A stretch of 64,000 nucleotides of DNA from a virus. A model generated the notes under the pieces. It was not told the DNA's origin and did not search any database. It saw only the letters and a list, made by a program, of their open reading frames with translations. The stretch spans positions 1-64,000 of IMG/VR virus record IMGVR_UViG_3300028800_000012. One strand, given 5' to 3'. Below are positions 63,672 to 64,000 of the stretch, piece by piece. Numbering within the stretch: the stretch's first letter is position 1; the number at the start of each line of letters is the position of its first letter. The position numbers and the translations under genes are program-made.

Positions 63672-64000
63672 TTATGGAAGGCCGGTCGGGCGGAACAGCA
63701 TCGGGATAACGTCTCCCGATACGCCGGTCGCCAGCGCAACGCCGAGATTGTACGCATCGGCAGAGCCAGCCGCGACGCCCTTGGCGTTATTGTCCGTGAC
63801 GATGCGATTGCCGGCAGTCACGTTGCCGCCGAGAGTGATCTTGGTCACACCGAACGGCCGCACCTTGGCCGCACGCGACGCAGCGCCAGGCGCATTCTGC
63901 AATACGCCAACAACGTCGGCGCCGAGCGTTGCCGCCGCCGCGTTGCCGGACGAATCGACAGTCATGAAAAGGTACTGCTTGGCCGACAAGTCGGCAGCCG
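63672..64000 (-). CDS. Capsid decoration/DUF2190-like protein, 5' end outside window
   Basis: AADLSAKQYLFMTVDSSGNAAAATLGADVVGVLQNAPGAASRAAKVRPFG...; frame open to window edge. Confidence 0.65.
   Translation of the reverse strand, partial: AADLSAKQYLFMTVDSSGNAAAATLGADVVGVLQNAPGAASRAAKVRPFGVTKITLGGNVTAGNRIVTDNNAKGVAAGSADAYNLGVALATGVSGDVIPMLFRPTGLP

Noticed and set aside
1-64000. Integrated prophage with attL/attR
   Set aside because: A single internal attP, no host genes and a head operon split across the window ends argue against it.

Overview
The window is almost entirely one temperate, lambda/HK97-like siphophage genome, apparently of an alphaproteobacterial (Rhizobiales-like) host. No host chromosomal genes are visible. 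Minus strand, left: cro/CII region, replication genes (RuvC-like, primase, DnaB), nucleotide metabolism, RNA ligase, then small and large terminase, a portal with a C-terminal ADP-ribosyltransferase-like domain, MuF, XkdF-like protease and a scaffold-like ORF running off base 1. Plus strand, centre: S24 repressor, early operon with Lar-like protein, PD-(D/E)XK nuclease, C5 and MT-A70 methyltransferases, a Gly-Tyr/Ser/Asp repeat protein, Xis and tyrosine integrase, then an intact attP core (3' 45 nt of tRNA-Pro). Minus strand, right: lysis genes with nested Rz/Rz1, tail module with a -1 frameshifted G/GT chaperone, connectors, a six-gene sugar/radical-SAM cassette and the major capsid gene. The head operon leaves the left edge and re-enters at the right edge, so the molecule is probably circular or circularly permuted and cut within the head genes. 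Strongest new-looking result: three related IS1595-like elements within 12 kb (20736-21918, 26806-28887, 31114-32648). They share the terminal inverted repeat CATGCYTWTCCGGTT and have 8-bp target duplications (one with a mismatch). One carries only a C5 methyltransferase and no transposase, one carries three passenger ORFs plus a transposase, and one splits a phage gene that can be exactly reconstructed. Others: portal-ART fusion, glycan cassette inside the head operon, radical SAM and GT9 frames separated only by a TGA, a Myb/SANT-like and a GcrA-tail-like protein, and a repeat-rich regulatory region at 19578-20132. All family calls come from reading motifs; no database search was run.
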